Shown here: positions 29,071-44,049 of the stretch, one piece after another
Layout: each line of letters opens with the position of its first letter
Numbering within the stretch: position 1 is the first letter of the stretch
Source of the DNA: Camelus dromedarius
Lineage: Eukaryota
NCBI RefSeq assembly: GCF_036321535.1
Contig: NC_087436.1
Location: forward strand, 84,880,001-84,944,000
Direction of reading: 5' to 3'
Length of the DNA stretch: 64,000 nucleotides
Made by a program: the position numbers and the translations under genes
The notes under the pieces: generated by a model
Database searches by the model: none
Seen by the model: only the letters and a program-made list of their open reading frames with translations
Told to the model about the DNA's origin: nothing

Positions 29071-30949
29071 TGCCTTTTCATTTTTAGACCTTTCAATTCA
29101 GCCTGTGTCCACAAATATTTCGGTGGTTCAGGACTAATAAAAGTAAGTTCCTCTAATACTAGGTGCTTAATAAATGTCTCTTAAATGAATTAAAATGCAG
29201 TTATCAGTCTTATAGAAAGACCTTAATTTTTCATTTTCTGTATGAACAAACCCAAATGGAACCAGACATTTTAAAGTCAATATACAACATACAAAGAATA
29301 TTTATTGTTTTTCTTTGCCTAGTACTCTCCTTTCTTCTGGAAGAAAGTCCATCTTTAGTATGGACAAGCCATTCCATGTGTAGTGGCAGGGCTGCTCTCC
29401 TGCCATTTGCTTGACCGCAGCACAGGCATGAGCACATGACCCTGGCCTAGACTTAGCTAGTGACAGTCCTCTTTCTCCTGGTCACGGGGGAACCTACGAC
29501 CTGAATCTGACTGGTTCAGGGCTGTACAGATGATCAAGGTAGGATGGTGCCTAACCTTTTGTCTCTCCAAATCCATCCTTCTTTGCCTTGCCTTTTGATC
29601 TTGAATCTGGATCCTGAAACGTTTCTCCTTTACCTGCTAGTGGAATACTAAACTTCGTCAACAGAGGGCAACGGAATGACCCTGCAAGGCAGTAGCAGCA
29701 GGAAGATGCTTCCTTTCCAGGCTCTGGTCCTCTATTATTACCACTATTTAGGATGGGAGCCTGGCAGGTGCTCAGGGGAATTCTAGCGGTGCCCCTAGGC
29801 CAGGCCCTCCTGATCAGCAGCCCTGCATCCCCTTGGGCCACAGTGAACTCTTTTACAGCCCAGCTGCAGCATGTCCACGCCCTCCCTTAAGGGCAAGCTG
29901 CTTCTGTAGCCTGACTGGGCTGGGCTCCACGACAAGCTGCTTCAGCAGCAGCAGGCTTCTGGCCCCTGTGTTAGTCACCACCTCTTCAAAGAGGCCTGAA
30001 CCTCCTCCTTGGTGAGGAGGGTTATCCTTTAGTCCTTAGTCTTGTACTGTTCAGTCATCCTTAATCTAAAGTTAATAACTGCTGTTTTGTACCTGTTCCC
30101 TGTTCAAACAACCAGTGTGGTTTCCATTTCCAGATTGGATACTGACTGATGTAAATGTCCATCAGTTTTCTCCCTGAAATTTTACACAGAGATTCTGGGA
30201 GAAAAAGATGGTTTCTCTCTTTACTGGATCGAGAGCTGTGAGTATAAAGTAAAAGCTGGAGCTGCTTGAGGCCGTTGTCCCCAAACACAGAAAAGCTATT
30301 TTGAGTTAAAAAAAAAAAAAGATGAAGTAATGCATAGAGATAAATAGATGTGAGAGACAAATGAAGATGGAGAGAGTTCTGGTGATGTCTTTTGACTCCT
30401 TAGATCCAGCTGTTCCTGAAGACAGTTTTCCAGTCATGATCCACCCCCCCCCCTTTTTTTTCTTAAGCAAGTTCATAAGATTTCTGTCTCTGGAAATTGA
30501 AGAAACACTAATTATGATAGAAAGTAGTTTTGCCACAAAAGAAGTAACCACCCTTCATTTTTTGGTTTTAATAGTATCTTTAATTTTTAAAAGGATTACT
30601 TATTTATTTAACTTTTGTTCACAATTTCCTGAAGGCAGAATTGGAAGGCTGTCTGCTGTCAGCCCTCCTTCACTGAGGGAGACTGGGGCCATGCATTGCA
30701 GTGTCCCCCTCATGGATGCCTTATTCTGAGGAATCAGCAGAAAGAAAAGTGACCGCCACTGAGATAACACACAATCGTATATTAGAGTTGTCCAACTCCA
30801 GCAAAATCTGAGAGTCAAAGAAGGGATATGTTAACCTGATCATTCAATAAACTGTTACTGAATTTCTCCATGTTATGTATAAGGGATTGCGGGGGCTGTT
30901 AGGAATACAAAACTAAACAAACTCCCCTAGTTTTAAGGAGATTTATTAA

Positions 30950-31400
30950 CTGTGTGTTTTATTTTTTGCATTCTGATGCATTGACACCTGGGGCCTTGCT
31001 GACCCTGGAAGGGTCCTATCCCCATCACCTTCCTTATCAGGCTCTCATATTCTGAACCATCCATCATATCACCCCAGGACCATGTGACAGACATCTAGGG
31101 AACCCCCTAGCTCCAGAGCCTGCTGAAATTAATCAAGCTAGCCAATCCTAAGTCTGCTTACCCTGCCTGGCTTTTCCTTCCCAGTCCTTCCCTTGGAAAC
31201 CACAGTAAAGACTCTTGCACATGTTTCCCCTCTCCCTCTGCCTCCTGATGGACCCTGGTGCTTCCCTATGTGACCTTCTGTGATGTGGCATGGCATGCCC
31301 CAGCCTCTTGGGATCTGTGAATATAACAAACTATCTTTTCAATGGCAATTGTCTCCTGATCTGTTGATCTTACTGAGCCTCCAATATTCTACTTCTACAC
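30950..31400 (+). mobile_element. ERVL-class solo LTR (MER54/MER74-like)
   Basis: ggggccttgctgaccctgga...ccctggtgcttccc...ggatctgtgaatataacaaact. Confidence 0.6.
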
Positions 31401-32394
31401 TATACAGGACCGCATTAGGGGAACTTTAAAGTTTTTCCTAGTCGCAACTTACCTAAAGCTCATTGAAAACAGAGGCCATGTCCACCTAGTCACCATTGTA
31501 TCCTTGTCAGTAAATCAGTTACGTTCTAATTATCCCCTGTGAATTTCCAAGCATGTTCATCTAACATTGCTTACACTCATTCCTTCTTTCTGATTTCTAC
31601 TAACACCACTCCACATCAGGCTCTTATTGACAACTAACTAGGCTCCCTCTTCTGATCACTCCCTTCATCTTTCCTTCTTTCAGGTTTCTGTTCATGGTCA
31701 GTTCAAATGCCACCAGATCCACAAAGCCTCTCCTGACCCTGTCAGCTAGGGGTAGGCCTTCTATTTCGTTAACTGCCATGCTGATATGTTTCAAATTTAA
31801 TTGCACACTCTACTTTTTGCTCTAGTTATCTGTGGCCTTGTTTTATCTCTGTATCAGATTGTAAGCCTCTCCCTTGAAAGAGAGAACTGTATTTAGACAT
31901 CTCTGTACCCTTAGATCCTAGCACAGTGCCAGGTAGGAGGTGTTTCATGACTGCTGAATGCATAGAAATACTGGATTATAAATTCCTTGAAGTCAGGGAC
32001 CATGTTTTACTTCTCTTTGTATATCCTGGAATGCCTATCACAAGATCTTGCCTATAGGTGATCTATAAATATTTAGTGAATTGAATAAGCCTGTAAAGTA
32101 GGTAGAATAAGGAGTATTAATAACTCCATTTAGCAGATAAAGAAACTGAGGCTCAGAGAAGTTAATGCTTTTCCTAAAGTCATCAAGTTAGTGTGAAGTA
32201 GTAAAGCTGGATTGGAACCCAGGTACTTCGGAACCCACTTACTCCAGAGTATTTCTCACTACCCACCATCACAGGAATAGCTGGCATACCTGAGTCATTC
32301 TTAGGAATGACTAGGTGCTAGAAAGTTAAGGTGCTAGGAAGATAAGGATGCCATTGAGAAGTCCTCTCACAGGGTGAGATCTTGTTCTCTGTTA

Positions 32395-32700
32395 GATATG
32401 CTATAAACGGGACATTTATGTCTCCCCCAAACTTATATGTTAAATCCTAACCCCGATGTGATGGCATTAGGAGGTGGGGCATTTGGGAGGTCATGAGGGT
32501 ATATCCTTCATGATGGGATTAGTGACCTTATAAGAAGAAGCTAACAGCTAGTTTACTCCCTTTCCTCCATGTGAAGATACAAGGAAAAGTCAGCAGTCTG
32601 CAACCCAGAAGAGAGCTCTTACCAGAACCTGACCATGCTGACACCCTGCACTCAGACCTCCAGCCTCCAGAACTCTGAGAGACAAATGTTTGTTGATAAT
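32395..32700 (+). mobile_element. MLT1 (MaLR) solo LTR
   Basis: tatgtctcccccaaacttatatgtt...ctccagcctccagaactctgaga. Confidence 0.8.
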
Positions 32701-33374
32701 GGCCCAAACTGACAATGACATATGTTTTTGAAACCCTCTTGATTTTTATAAGATGAAATGAAAGATACATTCCTAAGTGTATTATGACCTTTATTGACAA
32801 CAGATACTTGGATATGTCTGCAGTATTGATTTAATAAAAGGTGAAGATTTAGAATAGCATTGCTGCAAAAGATGAGGAATTGGCAGGTATGAGGAATTTA
32901 GCATTATTTTCTTGAGATGACATGTTGTAAGTTGATCTGAATCTCTTTGATTTCCCAGAATTTTTATTGGCTAGGTATATTCCACCTGGGCCCCCACATC
33001 CACCTTGGCAAAATCTCATGAGCTATTGATAAATTATTAAGCTCTGATGCAAACCCAAGTGCTAGGATTAAGCATAAAATTGTATGTTCATCAGTGTCTA
33101 GTCAAGAGGCAGAAAACACAATGGTTATTTTGACAGAGAAAATGTAATATGGAGAATTGCTGACTAGATACAAAGAATCTTTAACTGAAAAGGTAGAAGA
33201 AAGGCTGTGTGTCATGGACGTAGTAGGAAGCAGCCACCACCCGGACTAGGGAACAAAGGAAAGAAGTTGAAATGATTAAAACTTAGAAACTTAGAGGAGA
33301 AGCCCTTGGGAGCTGAAAGTCAGGTCTCTGAGGAGGGACGCTGTTAGGCTGGTGAGGTGGGAGAATGTACCTGG

Positions 33375-33905
33375 GAGTGTTGCTGATCAGGTTCTGTAAG
33401 GCATGCAGACAGGAATGACTTTCATGCAGGATGATGTTTATACTCATAGATCTCTGGAAACAAGAGGCACAACCTTTCATGCAAGGCCACACGGGGAAGC
33501 ACCAGGGTGGGTCAGGAGGCAGCAGGGAGAGGAAAAATCATGGGCACAAGCTTTTATTGTGATCTCCTTGGGAGAGGCAAGGCAGGCACATTAAACAGTT
33601 TAGGACTGATTAACTTCTGCAGGCCCTAGGCTGTAGGAATGGTTCCTAGCTGTCCAGGACCTGGCTCTGGAGTGACTGAGGGCAGGGGGGTAGAATGGGT
33701 TTGGTGTGTGAGCATTTGATAAAGGACATGGTTGGGGTATGGGCTGTGAATTGGTTGGTTTGCATATAAAGGAATGTCCACGGCAAGTTGTTTGCCTTCT
33801 CTAGAAATTGGCTAACCCTGGAGGGGCAGCGCTCCAGGGTCTGCAAGGCCCCCATCATATCAAAGTATCATAAAACATAGAAAATAAAAATCATGGTTAA
33901 TACAG
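33375..33905 (-). mobile_element. ERVL-class solo LTR related to 30950-31400, opposite orientation
   Basis: ggggaagcaccagggtgggtcaggaggcag and ccagggtctgcaaggcccc are reverse-complement matches to motifs of the 30950 element. Confidence 0.6.
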
Positions 33906-36900
33906 CTGGGCTGGTGTTCCTGAGTTCTAAGTGCTGCCAGCTGCTTTCCTAGGTCTTTTTTCCCATAAATTAAACCTCCTCCCTCCTTTGGGATCAGAGA
34001 GGGTAGCTAATATGTAACTTCAAAAGTGGAGGGAGTTTCTGGCCCTAATCATTGAACTTAACAGCAATTCAAAGATTCCACACTGGAAGTAATTTCCTAA
34101 GTATTCTAAACATCCTAGAAGAATATACACACCCATCTCCTCACCTCACTTGAAGACCTTCTCTTCTGTGCTCTTGGTTCATTACTAAACATCAGGTATC
34201 TGCTGATAGCAGAGATTTTAAACTGCTTTTTAAACTGGAGACAAAAGTTGGGCCCATGATGAGCATTACACTTACCTTCTACCAGACCCTTCTGTGCTTC
34301 CTCCCGTGTGTCCCCTCTCCCTATTGCCAGGACTCAAGAGATCTCAGAAAAAAAATTTTTTTATCCACAATAATTACCAGTTGAGTTTGTAAACGGTATT
34401 TTTAATTTGTCAGAGTTTTATTTCTCCGAAATTGAAACTTTTATGATATGAGTTGGGTGAAAAAGAGAGCCTAAGAAAAAGCATTTGCACAAATGTTTTA
34501 TTGGGGAGTGTGGTCCCAGGGCAGCAAGAGTGAGGGGAAGGCAGGGTGACGCAGAGAGGAAGGGTGGACCATCACTGCCCTGGCCACAGTTTCAAAAGAA
34601 AACACAGCTGGTGCCTTGGTCACACAAGATGTCTCCAGGTAGGCTCTCCGGAACCACGGCATGTTGAAGCAGTTCATTGTGGAAAAGAAATGAAATAAAT
34701 TGCTCTGTTTGTTCCCTCCTTATAATTCTCATTGGTCAGAGTTTGCCCCATTTTTGTTGTGTTACTTGATCCCTTTGGACAGCTGATGGGAAATCCATAT
34801 CCCATGCTTTGCAACTCTGTGGGTTGGTAAGACTGGACTTGGTGTTGGAGCTGCCGTGGCTTCTGTTAGCAGGGGCATGAAGGAGGCCATGCCAGCCTCC
34901 TGTCTTCCCCCATAAAAGGAGACTTCAGCAGTGTTAGGAGAAGAGGCAATGATTGCAGTGGCCAGAGCTCTCCACTAAGCAACTGGCAGGTGGCAACGAG
35001 CCAATGTGAGGATGCACATAAATTGAATCTGGTATAGATAGTAATGGGTAAGGAGTAAATCAGAGGTTGGAAATATTTGTAAATACAAATGAAAGTAATT
35101 GGAGAGATGAAAAGTCCCAGAAGGATATGTCTGGAATATGCATTTATAGAACCTGGGCGACAGAGGTCTCTATCCACATGCGGGGCAGTGCTGCCCTGCC
35201 TTAGGAGGCTGGAGACCCCGTCCCAGTTCCCTGTCTTCCCTTAGCTGTGGAATGATCTTGGATTAGTTTCTTTTCTCTGAGCCTCTGTTGTCTTATTTAA
35301 GAAATGAAAGAGAATCAAAGCTGATGTTTTTTAGTTCTAAGATACATGTTTCAGAGAAACAGTTTTGCAGGAGTAATTTACATGCATAGTCTTTTCAAAT
35401 TTCACTAAATAAAAATGAGGAATTAGAGTCAAGAATATCACCAGACAGAAACTCATTTTTAACTTAATATACACACTAATGGGTCTGACAATGAGCTACT
35501 GCCCTGGGCAGCCAGCCAATCTGAATTCTAGGCCTGACTCTGTCAGCAGAGCAGCAATTCAAAGATTCCACACTGGAAGTGTGGAATATGATCATATGTA
35601 AATCAGGAAACATCTATCTCTGGGCTTCATCAAAGCACAAGCTCTGGTCTTCAGTCACCTTTGTTGCAGTCCCAGGGTTAGCACTGACCAGCTGTGTGAC
35701 CTTTGGCACATTATCTGATCTCCCTGATTCTTTTTCCTTAGCTGTCTGGTGGGGCTGCCATGAGCAAATGCACATGAAATGTCTGACATAAGTGTACACA
35801 CTCAAACATTTACTAGTATTTCCTTAATTGTAAAAAGTAGTTAGACCCATAGATCCCTGGGGCATATTTCAGCTTTAACATTCCATGATTCCAAATTCTG
35901 ATTGATTACACAATGATTGCAAATGCTTACTGAGCATTTATTATGTAGGCAGTCTTGCCTTCAGGGAGAACCCAACCTGATTGACACAGTCCCGTAAGAT
36001 TAGAAACCATGCACAATAGTCTACAGTATTGAAATAAAGAGTGATATCTTAAAAGCATACTACCTTTTATTTAGAGTTCTGAGATTGAAGACCTATCAAG
36101 CACATTGTTCTGGGAAAAAGCATTGTCAGTGTTGGAGGATATGCTTATGACAGGTCCTTACAGTTCTTTAAAAAATAATTTTATAGATGTCCATTAGTAT
36201 GTATTTAACTTATAACTAATGGAGTATTGTTGGAAGAGTATTCACATGGAGTTTTATTCTAAAGTCTGAAGCATGGTAAATTATATATCATTGCTTAGTG
36301 TAACTACTCTTTATAATGATGTCATTTTTCTAATGGAAAAAATAAACATTAAAATTAATATTAAACTGGCGACTTGAGTTGACGTGAAGTGGAAATGTTT
36401 TCTGTTGGTCATAAAAGTTACTATGGGTACAAAATACTCCACACAAAAAATAAAGGACAATGTCAAATCACTCTGTAGTACACCTGCAACTAACATAATA
36501 TTGTATGTCAACTATATTTCAATTAAAAAAAAAAGACAGGGTTTTCTTCATCAATAGCAAAGACTCTCCAGCCATTTAGAGAAACACTGAATGCAGGACT
36601 CTGACGATACAGAGGCAAAATTGGAAAGGTATATTATTTTGAAAGTGTTTTCAGATTAGAAAAAAGTTCATTTTTAACAAATAATTCAAAGCAAAATGGA
36701 GAAATCTGTAGCATTATTAGGCATTCAATAAAACATGAAGAAAAGTAATTTAAGAAGGCTTAAAGCAGAACTCCCAGAAATTTATTTTAGGATATTCAGG
36801 AAGTTGCTATTACAGGGTGCAATGTGCTGTGATGGTAAGATGCTAAACTTTTGATTTAGAACATGTTGGTTCAACTACTTAATCTGCTACTCACTGTTTT

Positions 36901-37019
36901 GAATTACCTTGGCCTAGGGTTCTCCTCTCTTTGTATAAAATTGAGGGATTAAATAAAGTTACTTTAAATTTATTATAATTGTTTATAGAATTATCAAAAT
37001 TTTATATACATGTAATTTA

Positions 37020-37940
37020 CTTATTTAGTTTTTTTTTCAGTCGAAATATAGTTGATTTACAATGTTTTATTAGTTTCTGGTGTACATCTATAAGTATATA
37101 TATTCTTTTTCATATTCTTTGTCATTATAGGTTATTACAAGCTTGTGAAAATAGTTTCCTGTGTGAAACAGTAGGACCTTGTTGTTCTGGATTTTGGCCA
37201 CACTAATAGGTTTATAATAGTACCATTGTTGGTTATTTGCATTTCCCTGATGACATATGATGTGGAGCATCTTTTTCATATGCTTATAGGTCATCTGTAT
37301 GTCTTCTTTGGTGAGGTCTCTGTCAAGAACTTTGGCCCATTTTCTACTTGAGTTTTTTTCTTATTGTTGACTTTTAAGAGTTTGCATTTATTTTGCACAA
37401 CAGTCCTTTATCAGATGTATCTTTTGCAAATATTATCTCTCAGCCTGTGGCTTGTCTTCTCATTCTCCTGATATTGTCTTTCACAGAGCAGGAGTTTTTA
37501 ATTTTAATAACATCCAGCTTATCAATTCTTTCTTTCATGGATTGTGTCTTTGGTTAATGTTATATCTAAAAAGGCATCACCTTACCCAAGGTCATTTAGG
37601 TTTTCTTCTATGTTATCTTCTAGGAGTCTTATAGCTTTATGTTTTACTTTTAGGTATGATCAATTTTGAGTTAATTTTTGTGAAGGGTGTAAGGTCTGTG
37701 TCTAGATTCTTTTTAATTTTTTCTGCATGTGGATGTCTAGTTGTTCCACTGTCGTTTGTTGAAGAGACTATGCTCAACTATATTGTTTTTGCTTCTTTGT
37801 CAGAGATCAGTTGATTATATGGGGGTTGATTTCTGGACTCTATTCTGATCCATTGATATATTTCTTTATTCTTTCACCAATATCTCACTGTCTTGATTAC
37901 TGTAACTTTATAGTAAGTCGTGAAGTCAGATAGTGTCTTG
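37020..37940 (-). mobile_element. Short L1 3' tail abutting an older L1 ORF2 fragment
   Basis: atatagttgatttacaatg...gtaggaccttgttgt, then antisense ORF2-like text. Confidence 0.75.
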
Positions 37941-38818
37941 TTCTTTTTCTATGGGTAAAACAACTTTTCCTGTCTGTTTGAGTACATTACTTACAGTTAT
38001 TTAAGGCATTATTTTGCCCACATAGTCTCTGTATTTCCAATGTGGCTCCTCCCACACCCTATTCATTTGTTTGAGTTTCTCTCCTCTTTTTGTGCTACAG
38101 ACTTTCCCTCAGATATCTGGGGATCTTTGGCCATCTGCTCATATGTAAGGGCTCTGTGCTGATTGGAAGCTCTGGGTTTGTTGACTGTGGAATTCACTGA
38201 AGGGTGATTTGGCAGGGAAATTTTGTGCTATCTTTAGATGTTAATTTGGACTACTCATGTTCCCTAGAGAACTATTTTCCAATTTCTTGCTTGAAAGGTA
38301 CAGCCCTGGAGCTTCATCCTGGAGCTCATCAAGAAAAGAGGTTGGGGAAGGGTGTGTACAGGGTCTTCTCAATGTATATAAATGCAGTATATAAATATCT
38401 GTTAATACTCGCAGTATATAAAATATCTGTTTAAGTACTCTCAACTGGGCTGAATGTCCTCTAGTCCAGAAACTGTTTTCTACCTCCAGAAAGTAAACTC
38501 CAGTGTTTGGATGGGGTAGGGGAGAAACAATTGATTTGCTGCATAGGGTGGGAGAGAGTGAGCTGTGGACCTAACTGCTTCTTAAACAGACACTAAGTCA
38601 ATCTTTCAATAGCTGTATGTTTGCCCCTATTTCAGAGGTACTTGGTGCTGCCAATTCCAGATCTTTGTGGGATTCTGTAGTGAAACTGGATTGCTTCTCA
38701 ATTTTCCTTCTGCAGGTTTAGGATTTAGGGCTAAGTCAGCTTTCTGAGTCAATTACCATGCAGTCACTGTTTTCCAGCTTATAATATTTTGTTGCTATTC
38801 TTCCTTTCTCATTCTTTT

Positions 38819-39722
38819 ATTTTTTAATGTTTAATTGATTTACAATGTTGTGTTTGTTTCTGGTGTACAGCATAGTCATTCAGCCATACAAATATATATA
38901 AAATAATATATATATTATTTTTCACATTCTTTTTCAATATAGGTTATTACAAGATACTGAATATAGTTCCCTATGTGAAACAGTAGGACTTTGCTGTTTA
39001 TCTATTATATATATAGTAGTTAGTATCTGCAAATCCTGAATTCCTAATTTATCCCTCCTCACCCCTTTCCCCCCTGGTAACCATAACTTTGTGAGTCTGT
39101 TTCTGTTTTGTAAATAAGTTCATTTGTCTCATTTTTTTAGGTTCCACATATAAGTGATATATGGTATTTTTCTTTCTCTTTCTGACTTACTTCACTTAGC
39201 ATGATAATCTCTAGGTCCATCCATGTTGCTGCAAATGGCATTATTTCTTTTTTTGGCTGAGTAGTATTCCACTGTATGTATGTGTGTGTGTGTTTGTGTG
39301 TGTCTGTGTGTGTGTGTGTATACCACAACTGCTTTATCCAGTCATGTGTCAGTGAACATTTATGTTGTTTCCATGTCTTGGCTATTGTAAATAGTGCTGC
39401 TATGAACATTGGGGTGCATGTATCTTTTCGAATTAGAGTTTCCTCTGGATATATGCCCAGAAGTGGGATTGTTGGATCATATGGTATGTCTTTTTTTAAT
39501 TTTTTAAGAAACCTCCATTCTGTCCTCCATAATGGCTGCACCAAACTGCATTCCCACGAGCAGTGTAGGAGGGTTCCCTTTTCTCCACACCCTCTTCAGC
39601 ATATATCATTTGTGGACTTCTGAATGATGGCCATTCTGACTGGTGTGAGGTGATACCTCATTGTAGTTTGGATTTGTATTTCTCTGATAATTAGCGATAT
39701 TGAGCATTTTTCCACATGTCTA
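38819..39722 (-). mobile_element. 5'-truncated L1 with 13-bp target-site duplication
   Basis: L1 3' end. TTCTCATTCTTTT flanks both sides (38806-38818 and 39723-39735). Internal (TG)n. Confidence 0.92.
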
Positions 39723-42700
39723 TTCTCATTCTTTTTATCTTGTGTGTTTTTAACACAATCTTTTTCTGTCATTTTTGTAGAATTTGTAGGGAAGGAAATT
39801 AGATGTATGTGTGCTCAGTCTTCTCTTTTTTTCCAAAATGCTAATGTATTTTCTAGTTCTGACAGTCTGTGAGTCTAAGATGGATGATAAATTGCAAAAA
39901 AAAAAACAAAAAAAAACCCCACCTAATCTGAACTATGCAAGGCTGTGTTGCACAGAATATAGATTTTCCTGACTCCTGGGGCTTCCTGTACTAGCCACTC
40001 ACTTGCTCAGTTCCACTATTGTCCTAGTAGATGGCAGTAGAAAGTGTGGCGAAATTCCCAACAACTTGTTTTACAACTTGTCTTTTCTGGTAAAAAGAAC
40101 GCAGAAAGGAAAATGTTAAAGGTCATGGCTAAAAGTGAGAGTTTGCTGTTTTACATTATTAGTGTAATAATTCCAATTAGTTTTAATATTTTAATGTTTT
40201 AAAATCACATTTCTTTCAATAAATAATAAGCAAAGGAATGTATTATTTTAAGATGTTGTATTTGTTAAAAATACATTCATGCCTCTCCTATGATTATACT
40301 GATTACACGGGGTATGTTTAGATAAAGAAACTGAGGCATAAAAGACCAGTTAGATAACCTCCTTAAGTATGTATAGCTAATGAGGATCTTTTCACACCCT
40401 CAGGAGGATATTGGGGGCAGAACTGTTACCATTTGTAACTACTATTTACTCAGCATCTACTAAGTGCCTGGCTATATGCAAAGACTTTCCACACATTGTT
40501 CCATTAATCTTTATAATGGTCCTCTTCCTTTACCGATAGGAAACTGAGACCCAGACAGGTTATGCAACTTGCTGAAGTGCACACAACTTGTACCTGCAGG
40601 ACTGGGATTGGACCCCAGGTCTCTCTGACTTGAAAGCTTACTCTTTCTCCATGCAGCTTCCTTCAGGGCACAGGTTAGTAGCCTAGTCTAGTGGTGAACT
40701 AGAGGCAAATAGGTAATTACAATATTGTGTGATAAAGGCTGTGGTGGGGTTACAGTGTGGTGTTATGAGGGCAGTAGAAGGGGGACCTGGGAAATTACTT
40801 GGAAGAAGTCATCTAATCAGAGACCTGATGGGATAGGAGGAGCTAGCCAGGGAAGAAAGGGCCAGAGAGCATTTCAAGCTGAGTGGTGCAAGAGGCATTC
40901 CTGTACCTGGGGGAAATCAGAATCATTGAACAAGGGCCTTTGGGAAGAAGCATGGCAGGAGATGAAGAGGTGGGCAGGGCAAGAAAAGGAAAGGCGGGGG
41001 AGGGCGGAGAAGGGTGGTCAACTAGAAAGAGCTTTGAAAATCTATTGAGGGAGTTAGGAGTTTATCCTCAGACTAATAGGGAACCATTTAAGGGTTTTTA
41101 GCCAGGAGGAACACGTGTAAAAATTTGCATTTTATAAAGACCATCCTTGTAGCTGTGGGGAGAATGGATATGAGAGGTGCTGGAATGGCGGAGAAGTCGA
41201 GAATGATTCTCAGATATCTTTCTTGAACAAGTGGACAGAGTGGTGCCATTTACTGAAACAGGGAACAGCCTCAGGAAAAAAAAGTCTACTACACTATCTA
41301 GGAGAGCGATTGGATTAATCAGAGCTGACTTTGCACAAAAATTCAGTGTATGTTTAGAACTAACTGGATAGACCTATGTTCATGATTGTTATCTTTATCA
41401 GGTTCAGAATCAGTTTAAATCTTATAAAATTTGGGTATCCTTGTACTCATCTGTATCCTTCCTCATTTAAAAAAATATTGTGTACATGGTTTTTTAAAAA
41501 TTAAATTGAATCATACAAGCAACAGTGGCTTTCACAGATTTACTCTTTTAGATGTTTTTCCTTATAAAAAGGAAATATCAACATGAGATTTTAAAAGTAC
41601 GTATTTATATCATCGGATTTGCAATTTTCCTAGGTACCAATAATTACTAAAAATGTACAAAATTGAAATAATGGAATTACACAATGCAACTTTTTAACAT
41701 GAGTATGTTTGCATGAGAAGGAAAATGTTGCCCAATGTATTTGCTTATTGAATCCTTCCTCTACTCTTTATGATCTTTAGAAAATGTTACTGTTGGTTGT
41801 TCTGAGCATTCTGCAGAGCATACAATATTAAAAATACTAAAATTATAGAGCTGGAAAGAAGTTTAGATAATTCAGTTCTCTCATTTTACATTTGAGGATA
41901 ATAGGAACCAGAAAGTCCCTATAGTTGAGGAATCTGAGCAAAAAGAAAGTTCACTTTTTAGGTAGGGATATGAAATCACTCTGTGTCCTTGGACACTCAC
42001 ACTATACATGAAAGAAGACTGACAACTTCAATCTTCACGTTTTTTCATTGTAAAGAAAAGTGGAAAAAAATAGTGTTTAGTGGAGAACACTTGTCTCTTA
42101 AATACATCATCGAGTCTTAGCATTTATTTTTAGATGGAATGAAACTTCTCCATAGCTGCTTTGGGAAAACAATGTGGATCAATTTCACATTAAATGTGCC
42201 AATAGCATACACATATATAGGATATTGGATTGTAAATTACAAAAATGGAAACCAATTAATAAAAGCTATGATGTGCCAAAGAAATTGTTACCATTAAACA
42301 TTTGTAGAGCTTAGGGCGTTCGCAAAATATCTGTCATTTGCATAACTGCAATTTCCACACTTCCTAATAATGAAATTTCTTCTTGAAAGTTGATAAAAAT
42401 ATAAAGCACTTTTAAGAGCTATGAATTTCATATATACGTAACAATGTTGTACATTCTAAACAGTCTGTACTAGTGTTAAGGTAAAAAAAGGATAAAAATT
42501 TATATTTCTATCAGGAACAAAACAAAGTAGGGGAAAAGTTCATTCAAATAAACTTTTGACTGATAAACCATTTTTTCTAACATGTTCAGTGACTGATCTG
42601 AGACAATAGAAAACTACAAATTAAATGTTTAATTCTGCACTATTGGAAATAATAAAGCACTGTAGAGATTCCTCAATAAAGGCAATGTAATATTTAGTGT

Positions 42701-42734
42701 ATCACGTGCATCATATATGGCTTAGGCTAGAGTG

Positions 42735-43570
42735 TATGTGTGAGATAATAGAAAATACAGATTGGTCTCTGTGCCTGGTTCCTAATACAGTGCTCCCCAC
42801 ACCCTTGTAAATTCCTAAGTGATAAGAGCACTAGAGGCATCTTTTGCTCTACTGAAGCGACTCTGGGTGGGCTCCTGGATGGGTTGGGGGGCCTGGTCAC
42901 CAGAAAGACCAAGTCATACTTAGAAGCTTGGAATTTTTAGGCCTGCTCCCTCTTACCCACCACTTCTCCAGAGAGGGGAGAGGGGGTAGAAATGGAGTTA
43001 ATAATTGATCATGCCTATGTGGGGAAGCCTCCATAACCCTAATAGCATGGTTTGGAGAGCTTCGAACTGAGTGAAGACATACACCTATGGGAAGGGTGAC
43101 GTACCTGAGTTCCGTGGGGACGGGAGTTTCTGTGGTGGCACTCCCAGACCTCTCCCTATGTACCTCTTCATCTGGTGTTCATCTGTATTCTTTATCTTAG
43201 CCTTTACTAAACTGGTAAACATAAGTACGTTTTCCCCTGAGTACTTTGAGCTATTACAGCAAATAATCAAATCAAAGGGGAAGAGGGTGATGGGAGATCA
43301 AACAAGTTGTGGGTAACCTCGGGACCTGCTGCTTGGGATTGGCATCTGAAGTAAGGTGGGAGCAGTCTCCTGGGACTGAGCCCTTAACCTCTGGGATCTG
43401 ACCCCATCTCCAGGTAGACAGTGTTAGAACTGAGTTAAATCGTAGAATACCCAGCTGGTGCTATAGAGAATTGCTTGGTGTGGGGAAAAACTTCCACACA
43501 TTTGGTGACCAGAAGTGAAATGTTTTCTGTGAGTAGCAAAGGAGAAACACAGGAGAAAAAGGAGGAGAAC
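42735..43570. mobile_element. MER21-like ERV LTR
   Basis: ttggtctctgtgcctggttcct...aattgatcatgcctatgt...cacatttggtgaccagaagtg. Confidence 0.75.
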
Positions 43571-44049
43571 TGTAAGTTTATCCAATGCACTGTTTCTCTC
43601 CTAGGGCCCTTCATGCTTGAGCATCTCTTGAAAGACAATGGAACTCTTCATAAACTTTTAAACTTGTTACTCTTTTCTCTCCAAGAAAATATAAAAAGGC
43701 AACCTCCTCCATTTGTATTTTCTCCCAACTGCATATTGCTGTAGAGATTCCATATATTTCTGGTGTAATTCCATTCTGAGGCCCTCTTAATGGCGCGGAC
43801 CTGTGAAAAATGTAGAGGACCAGTTCATTCGGGGCAGTTGCTGGATGACACTGTAAGCACTTAAAAACAACTCAGGTGTATTTAACCTCCTTTCCTGGGA
43901 CATTTAAAGAAAACGAGGCTATTTTGTTGTTAAGTTGCCCCACTAAAACGAGCAATAATATATCAGTCTAGTAAAAGACCTGGCCTTCTAAGCCATCATT
44001 ACCATCTATCCTCGAATCTGCTCGGCTTCCACTGCCCTAAGGTTCCGCT

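Noticed and set aside
28101..29114. Reverse transcriptase ORF as a novel RT system
   Set aside because: Standard L1 ORF2 fragment contiguous with an L1 3' UTR and poly-A.
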